From: Macrostomum lignano
Taxonomy: Eukaryota
Assembly (NCBI GenBank): GCA_002269645.1
Contig: NIVC01002003.1
Span: forward strand, 150,041-214,040
Length of the DNA stretch: 64,000 nt
Direction: 5' to 3'
Shown: positions 25,400 to 38,016 of the stretch, one piece after another
How the letters are laid out: every line of letters starts with the position of its first letter
How positions within the stretch are numbered: position 1 is the first letter of the stretch
Position numbers and translations under genes: made by a program
Notes under the pieces: generated by a model
The model's database searches: none
What the model was told of the DNA's origin: nothing
The model's input: only the letters and a program-made list of their open reading frames with translations

Positions 25400-25690
25400 G
25401 CTGTACCAGGCACGAGCGCTGCTGTGCTAACACCGGAGGGCCTGTCGGATTTCTTTGAGACATCCTATACGCTTGCGCAGTTCCTGTTCGTCCTGGTGCT
25501 TGACTAGGTGTGTTGCAGACTGCTCTCTCTTCTAACGAAGATGGCTTCGTGCTGCGGCGACGCGTGGGTCGACGCCAACCGGAGAGGCGGTTCAGTGTGC
25601 TTGGCTACGCTGACGATCTCGCCCTGCTGTCCTCGACCGTCGAGGGCGCCCATCACAAGCTGGACCGGCTGGTAAGCGTTGCGGGCGCTT
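25400..25690 (+). mobile_element. RTE-type RT fragment
   Basis: TLAQFLFVLVLD and LGYADDLALLSSTVEGA motifs. Confidence 0.75.
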
Positions 25691-25697
25691 AATTTTA

Positions 25698-25839
25698 ATC
25701 AAATACTGCATTGACAAAAAATGTTATAATGTGTAGCGGTTTGGGGCCCGTTGCGGTGCTTGGGGTCTCCCTAAAACACGCACCGCACCGCCCCGAACCG
25801 CTACACATTATAAAATTTTTTATCAATGCAGTATTTGAT
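25698..25839. repeat. Foldback: 50-bp inverted arms around a ~42-bp spacer
   Basis: 25698-25747 is the reverse complement of 25790-25839 with 3 mismatches; the spacer motif ggtctccctaaaacacgc recurs inverted twice at about 26125-26170. Confidence 0.85.
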
Positions 25840-26287
25840 CGCAGAGAAAACTATTTGTTGTACGAGTAATGCAATAAATAACTTTAGTTAATATTTTAAA
25901 TAATATTATTAGTTTTCATATTCTCGTTTTTATTATTAAATTATATTAATATTATTTGATTAATATTACTAAAAATATCACTTGTTATTCACCGAATATT
26001 ATATTTCAAAGTAAAAAAAACTAAATTTAATAAAAACTTAAAGCTTAACAGAAAACGCATTTTGAAATGTCTTCAGTTATAGTCCAATTTGTTTTAATTT
26101 GTAGCGGTGCAGGGCGGTGTGGGGCGTGTTTTAGGGAGACCCGGTGGCCGGTGCGTGTTTTAGGGAGACCGCGTTTATGACCGGTTTTTCAGTTCTAGTT
26201 CCCAATAAGAAAAAAATAACAAAAAAATCGATTTGGCAAAAAAACAATTGAATGTAAAAGGATTTTTGACTCGAAACTAAAATTTAC

Positions 26288-26600
26288 CATCTGAAATCTG
26301 TGTATATATAAAAAATCAGATTCACAGACCTTACTGTTTCTTCAGTGCACGTATCCAATCTTGCATAGCGTGATGTTGAAACGTCAGAAACTGTAGGATT
26401 TCGCATACAGGCCAAATAAATCTGCCCCGGAACTACGAAATACTAAACAACAACTGTTAATCAATTTTATTTTTGCAATTTAACATCTGAAATCTGTGTT
26501 TACATAAAAAATCAGCTTCACAGACCTTACTGTTTCTTCAGTGCACGGATCCAATCTTGCATAGCGTGATGTTGAAACGTCAGATACTGTACGATTTCGT
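26288..26600. repeat. ~115-bp direct repeat pair
   Basis: catctgaaatctgtgt...gttgaaacgtcaga at about 26289 and 26484. Confidence 0.85.
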
Positions 26601-26749
26601 AGCTACAAAGGTTTGTAGCGTTGAATTTGTAAAATAACCGGCTTATACTCGTAGATTAGAACAACAGCAAAAAAAATATGCAGTCGCCCCAGTAGTCAGT
26701 GGAGGGAGCGTCAGGTTAACAAAGCGCCAGCAAGCAAAGAATCAATTGT

Positions 26750-27950
26750 CCGGCCCATTGATGCTCAGGATTTAGTCCACGTATCTCCGTGTCCTCGATC
26801 GCTTGAGCCCACCTGAACGGTTCCCGCAAAGTGAGCGGCAGGATGTCCTGGACAGGCTTGGGCAATAGCCCGGATGACGTAGCGCCTGTCAGTTGGAGTC
26901 GCCGTCTTGGCGCAGGATTTTTTTTCTTGCAGCTGTGCGTCCTCTCGCACAGGTCCTTGGACAGGACGCTTTTGTCAGCCTGAGCGCATGGAGCAGCCCG
27001 CGGGCCGAGTGCTCCAATTGTCTAGCTGTTGCTCCAGCGTGGCCGTTAACATCGGGACGCTAGAATTCGCGCGACTGGATTTGCGCGACTGGAAATCGCA
27101 CGACCTGGAATTGAAGCGCGCGACTTCTTTCTAGCGACTGGATTTCACACGACTGGATTTAAATCCAGTCGATCGAAATCCGGTTGCGTGAAATACAGTC
27201 GCTTGAATTCTACGTCGCGCGAAATCTAGTCGCTTGAAATAAGTCGCGAGAAATGATGTAGTCGATTTAATTTCAAGTCGTCTAAAATCATCCGATTCGC
27301 GCAAAATCCTGGCTCGAAGAAAACAATTAGCGCAAAATCCATTTGCGCGAATTCTAGCGTCCCTTAAACATCCACGTCTCAGCGTTGTCGAGCAAGACAG
27401 TCTCAACAGCCGAGCCCTCTGACGATCGGGCAGCGCTTTGGACTGAAGGATGACGCGAATCGACCGGTAGGCTGTCCAGGAAAGTCCTCTCAATCTAGAT
27501 CTGCGTCGTCCTCAACGTTGGGCACCAGACAGCATGTCAGCTCCGCTGGAATATTGGCTCGCTGAGATGGTCATGTCAGCGCCTCGGTCTTCAGCGTGTC
27601 GACAGATAGGCTCACGCTTTGATGCCACCTCGACCAACCTTAATCTAGCGCTGTGCTCCATCAACAGTCGAGGACAGGAGTGTGAGGTCGTCGGCGTAGC
27701 TCAGAAACCCTGAGGCGCTTCTCATTGTGGCGGCGACCGATGTGTCTGCGCAGCAGGAAGCCGTCGCCTGCTGAAGGGGGTGCGTTCCGGAGCTGCACAA
27801 TCCAGGAGCAGCACGAAGAGAAACGGCGCTGAATGTGTCGCTCTGTGTAGCACTCCTAAACGAAGTTTCAGACAGGTCAGACAAGCCCCGTCTGCCGTCA
27901 CCAACACAGCGTATCACCATAGAGCGATATGATGGCGTCAACTAGCTGCT
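26750..27950 (-). mobile_element. Decayed RTE-type RT/C-terminal fragment interrupted by a MITE
   Basis: FLSYADDLTLLSSTVDGAQR, homologous to the fragment at 25.4-25.7 kb; VLLDNAETW-like block just before the MITE. Confidence 0.6.
27054..27363. mobile_element. MITE with 19-bp TIRs
   Basis: gggacgctagaattcgcgc ... gcgcgaattctagcgtccc; flanks ttaacatc / ttaaacatc look like an 8-9 bp TSD with an indel; internal cgactgga repeats. Confidence 0.75.
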
Positions 27951-30189
27951 GGGGACTCGACAGGTTCGTAGGACAAAAGGAAGTGCTGCTCTTAGCACTG
28001 AATCAATAATGCCATAATAATTTAAAACCCTAACAAACGGCGAGTAAAGACCGAGACCAGCTTTCGATCACAGAGTCGTGAAAGGTCTCCACGGCCCTTC
28101 AGAGTTGTAACTCCTTTAATTTCCTATTTTTCCGAGGTTCATGCTGGCGCGGCAGACTCAATTCATATGCAATTATTCCAGCTTGTACTTTGTTTCATTT
28201 TACGAAAATGTACTTTAAATGCATTAAATGCAAGGAGGGCCCACGTCACCACGGGGTCAAGGACCGACATATCGGGACAACTGTGCATATGCCCCCCCTC
28301 TCCCTGGCCTGAGTAAAAGCTATGACAAAACGAACAAAATGAGTGTCTGTGTGGCAACAAAATTGAGTGTTAACGTAAACAACACCGATATCCAAAAATA
28401 ATGTAGGAATTTCGTCATTTAGAATTCTTGACTTTGTCCCCCACCATAAAATCCATAGCGACGCGCTGATGTCCCTGATCACATGCAAGCTAAGAATTAT
28501 ATCTAATTGTGCAACATATTTACATGTATAATATGTGATAAATTAGATTTGTAAGGAGACAAATTGCAGAGAAATTACAATTAATCATTCAAGGTGCATT
28601 ACAATACGATCCGGATTCACGTATTGACTGTATTAAGTTATTGATAGAATTTTTAATGACAATTTCATGTATTCTTCTGGAGAACTAAGACCACAATCTT
28701 ATAAATTACATTTATCTTATCTTATATAATATTTTTATCTCAATTAATATATGTTTTTATTTCACATGTAATATTCAAAACCCATGTTTAAGGACCAATT
28801 AAACTTTTACGAATTTTTGGCGTAAATTAACACCATTATTTGAATTGATATTAATTAGCTTATTAAATTAACACAAAATTTTTGAGTTCAAAGTAATTGT
28901 AGTTAACTTTAAAAACTGTAGTTAACTACTGCCTTTATCAAGTGTAAAAAGAACGAAACATTATTTTATAAATGCCTACTAGTTGCTTTGTTTATTTATT
29001 CTACATATTTAATAGTTTATTTTTTTCATATTTAAAAGAGTTCTTACTTCACATCGTTATCGTTACATTATCACATACAAACGATAATGAGAGATCGAGC
29101 TGCTCGATCAAACAGTAGTTTTTTAATATTTGCCTTTATTTTAGTACTTGTTTCTACCAAAACTTATAAATAAAAAAGAAAAGGTTGAAACAATATAGTA
29201 TTTTAGTTGGAGTTTTTTAAACATTGATGTTTATTTAGTTTTTAAAGCAGTAAACATTTGTTTTAACACGCTTTGTAACATATTCCGTTAGGCGGATTTT
29301 CAGCCATTCAATCGCGCAGCCTGTGCGTCTCTATTCGTTCGTTCGGAAATAAGTCAGGAAAACACCAAGCCAGACCAGACTAACCAGGACCCAGGAGCAA
29401 TCAATGGCCTACTTTGTCTCAATCTCAAGTAAGTTCTGTTTTTGTTCTTTTTTAAAAATGTTACATTGCATTATTTTCAATGTGACTTAAATTTAGTTAG
29501 TTATAATGAGTAGGCCTACTTCTACTTCTAGGCCTAGCCTATTAGTGTATTTGGCCTTATTTAGTAGTAGTATAGCCTAGGCCTAGCTTAATGCATAATA
29601 CTAAAAATGAAATTAGGCCTAATAATAATAGTGTAGATTAGTTTTATATAGACTATAGTAAGTATCCTATGGCTATATCTCATTATCTCAAATTAATCAA
29701 TATATGAAAAACAATTTATAATTTAAGTAATTATGTTGTTGATAACATTTTATAAAATGAATTTTAAACAAAAAGCACCTTTACTATTTAAAAATAATAT
29801 TATTTATAGAACTGTATGATTTAATCTAAAAAATTATATAGAAGTAATGTTCTATAATTTAGCCTTCCTCAAGTTTATGTTGATAAAATACTTCCAATTT
29901 TCCGGGGTTTTTTAATTTTACCAGACAATTTGTAGATGCCCTAAATAATAAAAAAGCAAAAAAAAAATCACCAAAAAGCTATATTCTTTGCCTATGGTAA
30001 TGTAACCTCAGTTTATTAATTGATTATGGTATCAATGAGAATTCAATAAAAATTATTTCAATGAAATGTGACAGTAGGGGTTCTAACCCAGACAAACATT
30101 TGCATCACGTCAATGTCCATAATTCAGATGGTGCAGCATGGTACGCTGGAAAAAAAGCCTCTTTCGTTATATAATATGCCAATGGTAGG

Positions 30190-30375
30190 CCACCTTTTTT
30201 GCAGTTGCGACAATAAAGGACCTTTTTTGCAGTTTGCGCTTGCAACAATAAAGGACATTTTTTGCAGTTTGTGCTTGCGAAAATAAAGGACATTTTTTGC
30301 AGTTTGCGCTTGCGACAATAAAGGACATTTTTTGCAGTTTGTGCTTATGACAATAAAGGTCCTTTTTTTGCAGTT
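30190..30375. repeat. 35-bp tandem repeat, about 5 units
   Basis: aataaagg recurs at 30212, 30247, 30282, 30317 and 30352. Confidence 0.92.
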
Positions 30376-30428
30376 TCATTCTAAACAACGTCACTTTTAC
30401 ATCGCAAAAATTAAGACAAGTTAAGTCG

Positions 30429-33330
30429 TTAATTGCATTCTATAACCGCGCCAACAAATGGACAGCGAGAAGTTGCCGTCTTCCGCTTGTCCACAACTTT
30501 GCTGACACTATAATTGTTGGTGCACAAGCCCGCTACAAAGAAAGGCACCCGGTGACAGTGGATGCTTCTGCTGGTGTCACCAGCAAAGTATTTCTTTGCA
30601 GCGGCGTCTAGAAAGTGCTCGCTGGCAAGGCTGCCTATGGGTGGCAGCATCCAGCGAAGCTTTGCTCGCTGCTGCAGCGTGTTGTTAGACTGGCCGCCGT
30701 AGCATTGCTGCGCACGCATAGTGAAGTAAAAACTCTCGACTATAGACTCTGAGAGAAAAAGGGAGAGAGGATTTCAGTTTGTTTATACATTGATATATTA
30801 TGTTTACATGCATTGCCAATTCAGTCAACATATATGGCGAACATATGGCCTACCGGTGCCTCCGCAATGCAGAGCAAAGTCGAGAAGCGAGCAAGCTTGC
30901 TTTCCTGCAAGTTTGTAGACTCGCGAGTTTGAATAAAACAATCGGTACACGGCGGCTTCGTCGAGCATGGTGGTAAAGTTGATACCAGTGTGCATCGTAC
31001 CGCATAACCGCAGACGGAGGTCAGAAAGGCTAAAGGGCGAAGCACACAGCTGAACGATTTTTCCTTCGATTGTCGGGCTAAGCCAGCCTTCACGACCGTC
31101 GCCTATAAGCGACACCTAAAAATTGGTTATAAAAGCAATATTTTTCTTAGTTGTTAATGTGAACCAAGTTTTTCTTGTGTCATTAATTATTATGCATTTG
31201 TACATATAAGGGAGTAAACCTCACATTTGGTAGCCATATAAATGATTGACATGAACAAAGAAATTTTTTCTTCTACTAATCCCCTTCTAAGAAATATGAT
31301 ACAAAATGTACTTGTCTTACATGCTTGATCGCATCCATGTATGCCAAAATGTACTTTCGTGAGAGCTTGGGGTTCAGGTCCAACAGGTGTGCGAAGCCGG
31401 ATGCTTGTTCGACAAGCCGCGTACAACATGGCTGTGAGGCTGCTTTCTCAAGTGCCACCTTGCTGTCCGGGGAAGCCAGTATAGTGATAACGTTCGCAAC
31501 GTCAAACGATGCAGTCCTTAAGACTGTCATCCATGCAGCGCTGCATCTTGGCTACAAAAGCTTGGTGCAGGGCGGCAGCGAGATGTCAGATATCTTCCTC
31601 AATATCCTGCATTCATGGGGAAAATACTAATAATTCAGGCTGCGACAGTATCAGTAGCGGTTGCATGGGTTAATTTTTTTTTTGTGAATGAAATAAGCTT
31701 GTTATGAAATTGGATGGGCTCAAATGGAATTAGGATTTTTGCACTTCGGATACATACAACCAATAAACAAACAGCAAGTGCACATAATACTTACTGCCTG
31801 CTCGCGGTATGTCCATTGGATACATGGTGGCTTGCATCGGCTGCCGCTGGCCACTCTATCAGCCTGCTGTGTCTCTACGAGCCAGCCTTTGAGCAGCTCT
31901 GCGCCCGTAAACTTTCCACCAGGATGGATGTCGTCTGCACAGCGGTTATACTGGGGATAGCCCTCCCTGCGAAAAGCCTCTCCGCGGACTCGCAGATACT
32001 CGGCAATGTCTTCCCACAGAGTTGCAACTTTCCAGTGCAGCAGCTGAGTGTTTTGCACTAGAATCATCAGCGCGCGCACCGGGCCAAGCAGATCTAGCAG
32101 GCAGAGAATGTCAGCAACAAAGTCGCTTCTGAACATCTCATACTGCAGAGTTTCGTTCTCATTGGAGCTATACTCCTGGATGAACGCCGCGCGAAGATTG
32201 CCATAGGACTCCACAATGGCATCCCACTGTTTCATCGCAAAACTCAGGAATCGTTGCGTGGCGAAGGTTGGCACAACCCGCGCAGACGACTCTGAGGTGG
32301 CCTGGGTGTGAGAGTGTGCAGAGTTAAAGTATAAATGCAAATTATATGTATAACCCTTTACCCAGATTTCTGGTATTTTTTACCTCCAGAACAGCAAATC
32401 CCCGTCCATGACCAAAATGTTGTGCAAATTGATTCGCTCGGCGAATGAAAATGCATAGGGGTTTGCCATCTGGTCCATCCCGCACCTCGTTGACAGCCAA
32501 GTTAATAAAGTGGCTGGCGTCCCAATTGACCGGAACAGTGCCCCCAACTTGAGCAACTTTAAGCTTGTTGCGCACCACTGTTTTGAAGGGAGCAGTCTGG
32601 TATTGACCATCAGCAACGACACCAACCAACTGTCCTAGCGGAGGGTCGAACCTAGCAATGCCTGCAAACAGGCGGTTAGCCAAAGAGGCACCTGTTGCAT
32701 CCATGTCGTCTTCATAAACGGCCGGAGCTCCGCCAGGGATAGCGACAGCTGCACCTGTGTCACAGCGGGCCAGAAGTAAAACAGCCTGATTGGTGATCCG
32801 GCCTGTAAATGAAATGAAAATTGCTCTCTGAAATAAACTGCTTGTCAAGATTAATGTGATTTAGTCTGCTAAGCAGCCTCTAGGCAATCGAGTCGTTGGT
32901 GCTTTATTAATTATGAGTAAAGCTCATAATTATAATTAGTATAATTTACAATTATAGTAGAAAGATTTGGTTGTTTTATGCCGTTAGTGTGTTCCACACT
33001 ACCCACCCAGGTACAACAAAATAACATCCCATCTTCTTGACGAAAACTATCCTAAAGCGTCCAGAGAGGTCTAGTTAAACAGTTTACCTGGCATGCTCTT
33101 GTCGCACGTGACGCTAAAGCAAGGCGGTCGACCAGTCGACGGCAGTGGACGGCGCAGAAAGCTCACCGTGCTTTCATCGAGGCAAGCTTCGAACACATGC
33201 CAAAGCTCCCGCCCAAAGTCCCTGGATGATGTGAAATCGGGGGGCGTTCATGCTTTTTTGTTAATGCTTGTTCAAAAAGTGCGTCATTTACGGGTATGTA
33301 AAACAATAAAAACTTACAATTTACATCACA
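30429..33330 (-). pseudogene. Multi-exon hAT-superfamily-like DDE transposase, disrupted
   Basis: FSVTCDKS (D1), VVADGQY (D2), NWDASHFINLAV (DxxH), TQRFLS..KQW, and GGT|ESIVESFY (E) formed by an intact intron at 30853-30749. There is an in-frame TGA and a frameshift in the 31.3-31.6 kb exon. Confidence 0.65.
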
Positions 33331-35104
33331 TCTAAAAGTTAAAAAGGGATCTGGTTTCAACGCTTTGCGTTGCGAATTGAATGTGGGGAGAAGAATGCAG
33401 ATTTTTTCTGATTGTAAATACATATCTCTGTCTATAAACTTACGATCCGTGACAAATGTTGCCTATGTTTGCTCCACACGAGGAAAGCAGACAGACAAAT
33501 GTCTCGTAGTGGCAGCCAGCTGCAGCAGATTCAATGTCGACAATCGAGCATCGCATTAAATTACGTACCACTGCCGCCGAGCGCAACTTCTGTATAGCTC
33601 TTCACGTGTCGTTCGTATCTGGCTTCTCTATGTGTCTTCAGCTTTATGTTTTCCTATAGGTAGTCTAGTGGTTTTGTGGCAGTCCGTTGACTTGAAGGCT
33701 ATAACTACTGACGACTATCGATACTCAGTTTCCCGGCTGGCGGCTATAATTCCCTCCTCGATCCTCACCACGGTGATCGGATATCAGACCAAGAAAGAAC
33801 TCGAACACAGTATGTTTATCTGGTAGGTTAACCTAACGGAGCTCCAAGCTAACTCTCTAGCAAAACCGCGGGGTGCGTTTTTCCGCGCTCCGCTCCGACT
33901 TATATAATATTCTCGAAACCGAGGGGATGAAAAACTTAGCAACGGCAAGCAAGAGGATTTGTCCTGAACGAGGTCACAGCCTCAACTCTAGCACAGTCAT
34001 AACTCATAAGCCTTGAGCTAGTTGGTTGGTAGGCACACCAACCCCTTTTCTATGGTAGCGGGGGGCAGCCCTGAAACGCATTTGCTAAGTTAGGAAGTGT
34101 TTGCGCTTTTACCGAGATCTCTTTCTACTGTTCGTTATCCCTTTCCCCTTCATCGATCCAGTCTTCTTGTGCGGTCCCGGCCTTCTCCGGCTTTCGTCTC
34201 CAGGCGGGGTCCAGGTCAACTCCTCATCAGTCTCCCCCGCGGGCCGGTTCCAACCAGTTCCAGTTTTGCTGTCGGTCCGGGCCGCGTTCGCGCTGTAATG
34301 AAAGGGTGAGCTCCGGGCGTGTCCTCATCTAACCTCTCTGCTTTCAGTTGCTTGCCCTCTCTACTGTTGCTATTTTCTGCCTGATTTTATCCTAGAGCTC
34401 TCTTGAATTCGTTTCAGATTTCTAAGTCTTATATCATCCCCCTTTTGAAAATTCTGTGACTGGTCAAGTTGATGCGGCCTATTGTCTTCCTAAATTATTC
34501 TCGAGTTGCTAATCAACCTACTACCAGTAGGTCTGTGAGCATATAAGACGTTTGAGATCTGAAATTAGGGTAAATGGGTAATCAAACATTTTTATAAATA
34601 TATGGATAACTATGTCGTGAGTATGCACGAGTTTTGATTCTTGTTCCAGCGCCTCACTCTAGTTATATCATTATAGCAATTGGTTATAATATTGTGTGTA
34701 TTCTGATTTTAGCTGTTTCCCCTGCTTGTATCAATCTCGATTCTCGAGTGTGGTTTGTTTGTTATCCGCTGTCGCCAGTATCTTATTTCTGTTGGGGCCG
34801 TGGTTGAACTAACATAATCTCGACTTGTGACTTCTGTGGGGCCTTTTGTTGCTATTTTTAGTCTCGTGGAGGGTTTGGGGCGACACGGGTGGTTTTACTG
34901 TCCCTCTCGCAGTGTACATTTAGGTCCGCTCCCCGCGGCGGAGGGGGTGGCTGTAATTTTTGCTTTCTCTTCGTCCTTCTGAGGCGGTGTTATATCAATT
35001 CCTCACTGGGGTTCCCTGCTCCTTCTAAAGCGACTATCTTCAGCTTTTAGTCTTCGTTATTACGAATCGCTAGCTTCATTCTTGTCACTCGCATATTTCA
35101 ATTC

Positions 35105-35362
35105 ATGTCTCGCTATGAGGTTGCCCAGCTCATTGAGCTCCTGTCTCATCTGGAGGCCCGAGTCAGCCGCCTAGAGGCCCACCTGGCCGTGGAAATAGCT
35201 CGGACGACGTCCCTTGAAAGCGGCCTCCTGACCGTTCGTGGACTCTCTGGCGGTCTGGGGGCCGGAGGCCTGGTCTTCGTGATCCTCGGCCTCGTTCTGC
35301 TGTTCGTCTGCTGCCGGCGACGTCGGAGCCCCCTAGCCGAGTCCACCGTCGTGACAATTTGA
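35105..35362 (+). CDS. 85-aa predicted single-pass membrane protein (coiled coil + TM + CC + polybasic tail)
   Basis: ATG-initiated intact ORF: LSHLEARVSRLEAHL heptads; GGLGAGGLVFVILGLVLLFV hydrophobic span; CCRRRR. Confidence 0.45.
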   Translation: MSRYEVAQLIELLSHLEARVSRLEAHLAVEIARTTSLESGLLTVRGLSGGLGAGGLVFVILGLVLLFVCCRRRRSPLAESTVVTI

Positions 35363-35811
35363 CAATTTTCCTATGCTACTTCATAATCGTGTGCTTTTTC
35401 TTGTCTATCCTTATCCCCCTTGTTGGATTTTTTGCTATTGACTGTTGTGCAGTGCTTAACGTGTAGGAGTGAGTAATGGTGCTGGTTACTATTTTTGTAC
35501 AATAAAACAATGAGTGCTGGATCATGGAATTTGGTAGTGCCTTGCCTTTGTACTTGGTTATTCTAAGTTTGGGTTTGCTTTGATTGACGGGGCTGGCTTC
35601 CCCTAGTTCACCGGTCAGAATCTTCAGGTAGCGAGACGCTTCCCAAAGTTCTTTCCGTGAGACTGGTTCTTGCCTTAGGATTGCACCTCGAGTGAGAGTG
35701 CCACAAGGATAAGACTTCCGGTCGTGACGACCCATCTGTCCTACCATTGTGTCAGTGTCTCTGCTCTCGTTTCTCCTTATGCCCTTACACTTTCGCGTCC
35801 CGAAATCCCTA

Positions 35812-36573
35812 CTAAAGAGTAGGCGCTAGCGAGGCTTCCAGTGCCGTCTTTAGTTGTGGCCACTGGAGCAGCGCCGGTGAATACTTTCGGACTACTAGTT
35901 TTGTCATTTCGTGGCGACTACTCTGTATTCCATGATAGGCCAGCACGTGGGACAAGTAATTAAATAACGTGGTGTATATCGCATTGGGTTGCGGGCCCCA
36001 AGGGTGAATCAGATTGACGGCTAGAGTACGGCAAAGAACCTTGATTATGACGCAGGTGAACGCGTCTTGTTCCCCATAGTGAAAGAAGATTGTTGTGCGG
36101 TTACGTAGAATGTTGTAGTCTGAGAGGAGCCATATTGGGTTATTGTCGTCAGCCAGGATGCGCTTCGTTGTCAAGTGCGTCACTACATTAGCTGGAATTC
36201 GTGGCGCATCCAGCATGTCCAGGTGAATATTGAATAGTTTCATCTCACCATGCCGATTGGGCTTGCTTTGGATGGGCTGTTTGTCCATAAGGTTGTAGAA
36301 CTCATTGAATGGAAGGTCTTTTTCTCCCCGTTTGTAGCTCTCCCTCAGTGTTGCTGGGCATTGCGGCAGTCCGTTTCTCGATCTTCTGATCTCCCATTGG
36401 GCTTGGAGATGTCGCCGTTGCTGTTCAGTAGCAGCGCTGTTCCTGAGGTTCGTCTCCTTCCCGGCTGCCCTGCTTGGTTCTGCCGATGCAAACAGTGGCT
36501 TGACTAGGGTATAGGCGTTAATCGGCTCGTCAATGGTACGGTCATCCACTGTGTCTAGCTCCGTCGAGTACAT
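35812..36573 (-). CDS. 253-aa orphan ORF (gag- or virus-like, unassigned)
   Basis: Long intact ORF with globular, non-repetitive composition; no motif recognised. Confidence 0.4.
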   Translation of the reverse strand: MYSTELDTVDDRTIDEPINAYTLVKPLFASAEPSRAAGKETNLRNSAATEQQRRHLQAQWEIRRSRNGLPQCPATLRESYKRGEKDLPFNEFYNLMDKQPIQSKPNRHGEMKLFNIHLDMLDAPRIPANVVTHLTTKRILADDNNPIWLLSDYNILRNRTTIFFHYGEQDAFTCVIIKVLCRTLAVNLIHPWGPQPNAIYTTLFNYLSHVLAYHGIQSSRHEMTKLVVRKYSPALLQWPQLKTALEASLAPTL

Positions 36574-37394
36574 CTGATTGTCCGAAGGGTGGGTTAACTA
36601 TTTGTGGGTCACTGAGTCTGCATATGCTAACTTACTTAAGCAAGAAAAGATAACAATTAATTAAAGACTACAGTTTATTTGAACTAACTTCGAGCATTTT
36701 TAGAAGAACCAGAACCAGAAGCAGGCGTAGCCCACATAGCTGCATCTTTATCTCCAGCAGCAGCAGAGGTAGTGGCTCAGAATCTGAATCTGAGGCAGAA
36801 TCAGTGGCACTCTAATTGTTCAAGTTGCTCTTGGCACTCTTGCTCAACCTCATCCTGAATCTCCAAGTTATCGTTATCTAAGTCACAGTCGGGTAAATCA
36901 GAGATGGAGTCGGACATTTTGGTAAAAAATCAACTAGGAAAATAAATAGTCAGTGAATTTGAAATAGAACAATAGCTATTTTCCACTATAGAAACAACAA
37001 TAAGCAAATACTTAATAAATAACAAACAGTCAAGCAATTAAGAGTAAAAGAAAACAAGAATGAGAAAAAGGCTTTTAGTTTACATGTACGCCATATGGTA
37101 GAGAGAAAAATGCAATCGAAGAAATCGAAGAAACACTTTAAATTTTTTAATAAATGTTTTTAAACAAAAACTTTTCTATAACATTTTGAAAAAAGCAAAA
37201 TATTATTACTAATAAATTTTTAAACAATAAAAGAGTTTTTTGAAGTTTATATTTGGAAAAGTATTATTAGTATTATAAATAAATATGGAATTTTTTGAAA
37301 CTTTTGCTGTCTTTAAAACGCACATCACGTACATATAGTTTTGTAAAAGAAAAATTATTGCAGTTGGTGCGCTAAAAAAGTTTCTCAAGCTCAA

Positions 37395-37528
37395 AGTGGT
37401 ACGCCAAAAAATATCTTGAGCTCTAAGTGGTACGCCAAAGTGGTACGCCAAAGTGGTACGCCAAAACAGCAAAACTCTTAAATGGTACGCCGGAAAATTA
37501 CGGCGTACATGTAACCTTCCTGAGTGTG
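37395..37528. mobile_element. Terminus of a CAC-ended DNA transposon with gtggtacgccaaa subterminal repeats
   Basis: About 5 copies of tggtacgcc; ends ...catgtaaccttcctgagtgtg (CACAC on the minus strand); a partial mate ttacatgtacgcc at about 37080. Confidence 0.45.
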
Positions 37529-38016
37529 GGTCAATGTCGCGTACACGTAGCAAATAAAGGGTTGCTACTTAGTATACTTTGTCGCGCCAGACGATGTTGC
37601 CAATACGTATTTTGGCGACCGTTGCCAGAGTGTCATTTGGCAACCCATTAGCGACCATACCGTTATACCATACCGTATTGAGAGTGGACTGCAACTTGCA
37701 AGGGTTGCTTCAGCAGGAGTTTGAACACTGTCAGTGTCCTGAACTGGGTTGCACAAAAAATCGCAGGTAATGCTCAATATTGCAAAATTTTTCAATAAAA
37801 TTCGCTAGCGATAAAAAGTAGAAGCAGTGGCAACACTGGTACACATTTAGTACTGGCCAAAGAAAAAATAATTGCAGTTTCGACTATTATTATACTTAAT
37901 AAACAAAGTACTGAGTGCAAATAACAATTTAAACAAAAAACATGCGAGACCCAAGAGTCCTAAAAGGGGGTCTGCGTCAGACATAATGTCAAAAATGTAT
38001 ACAGCGTTTACTACTG

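Larger units (their letters stand above)
33632..36573 (-). mobile_element. Possible non-autonomous LTR retroelement remnant (3' LTR about 34041-33632 preceded by a PPT-like agaaaagggg)
   Basis: Purine tract followed by TG, with a TATA-like ttatataag inside the putative LTR; no 5' LTR or pol motifs found. Confidence 0.3.
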
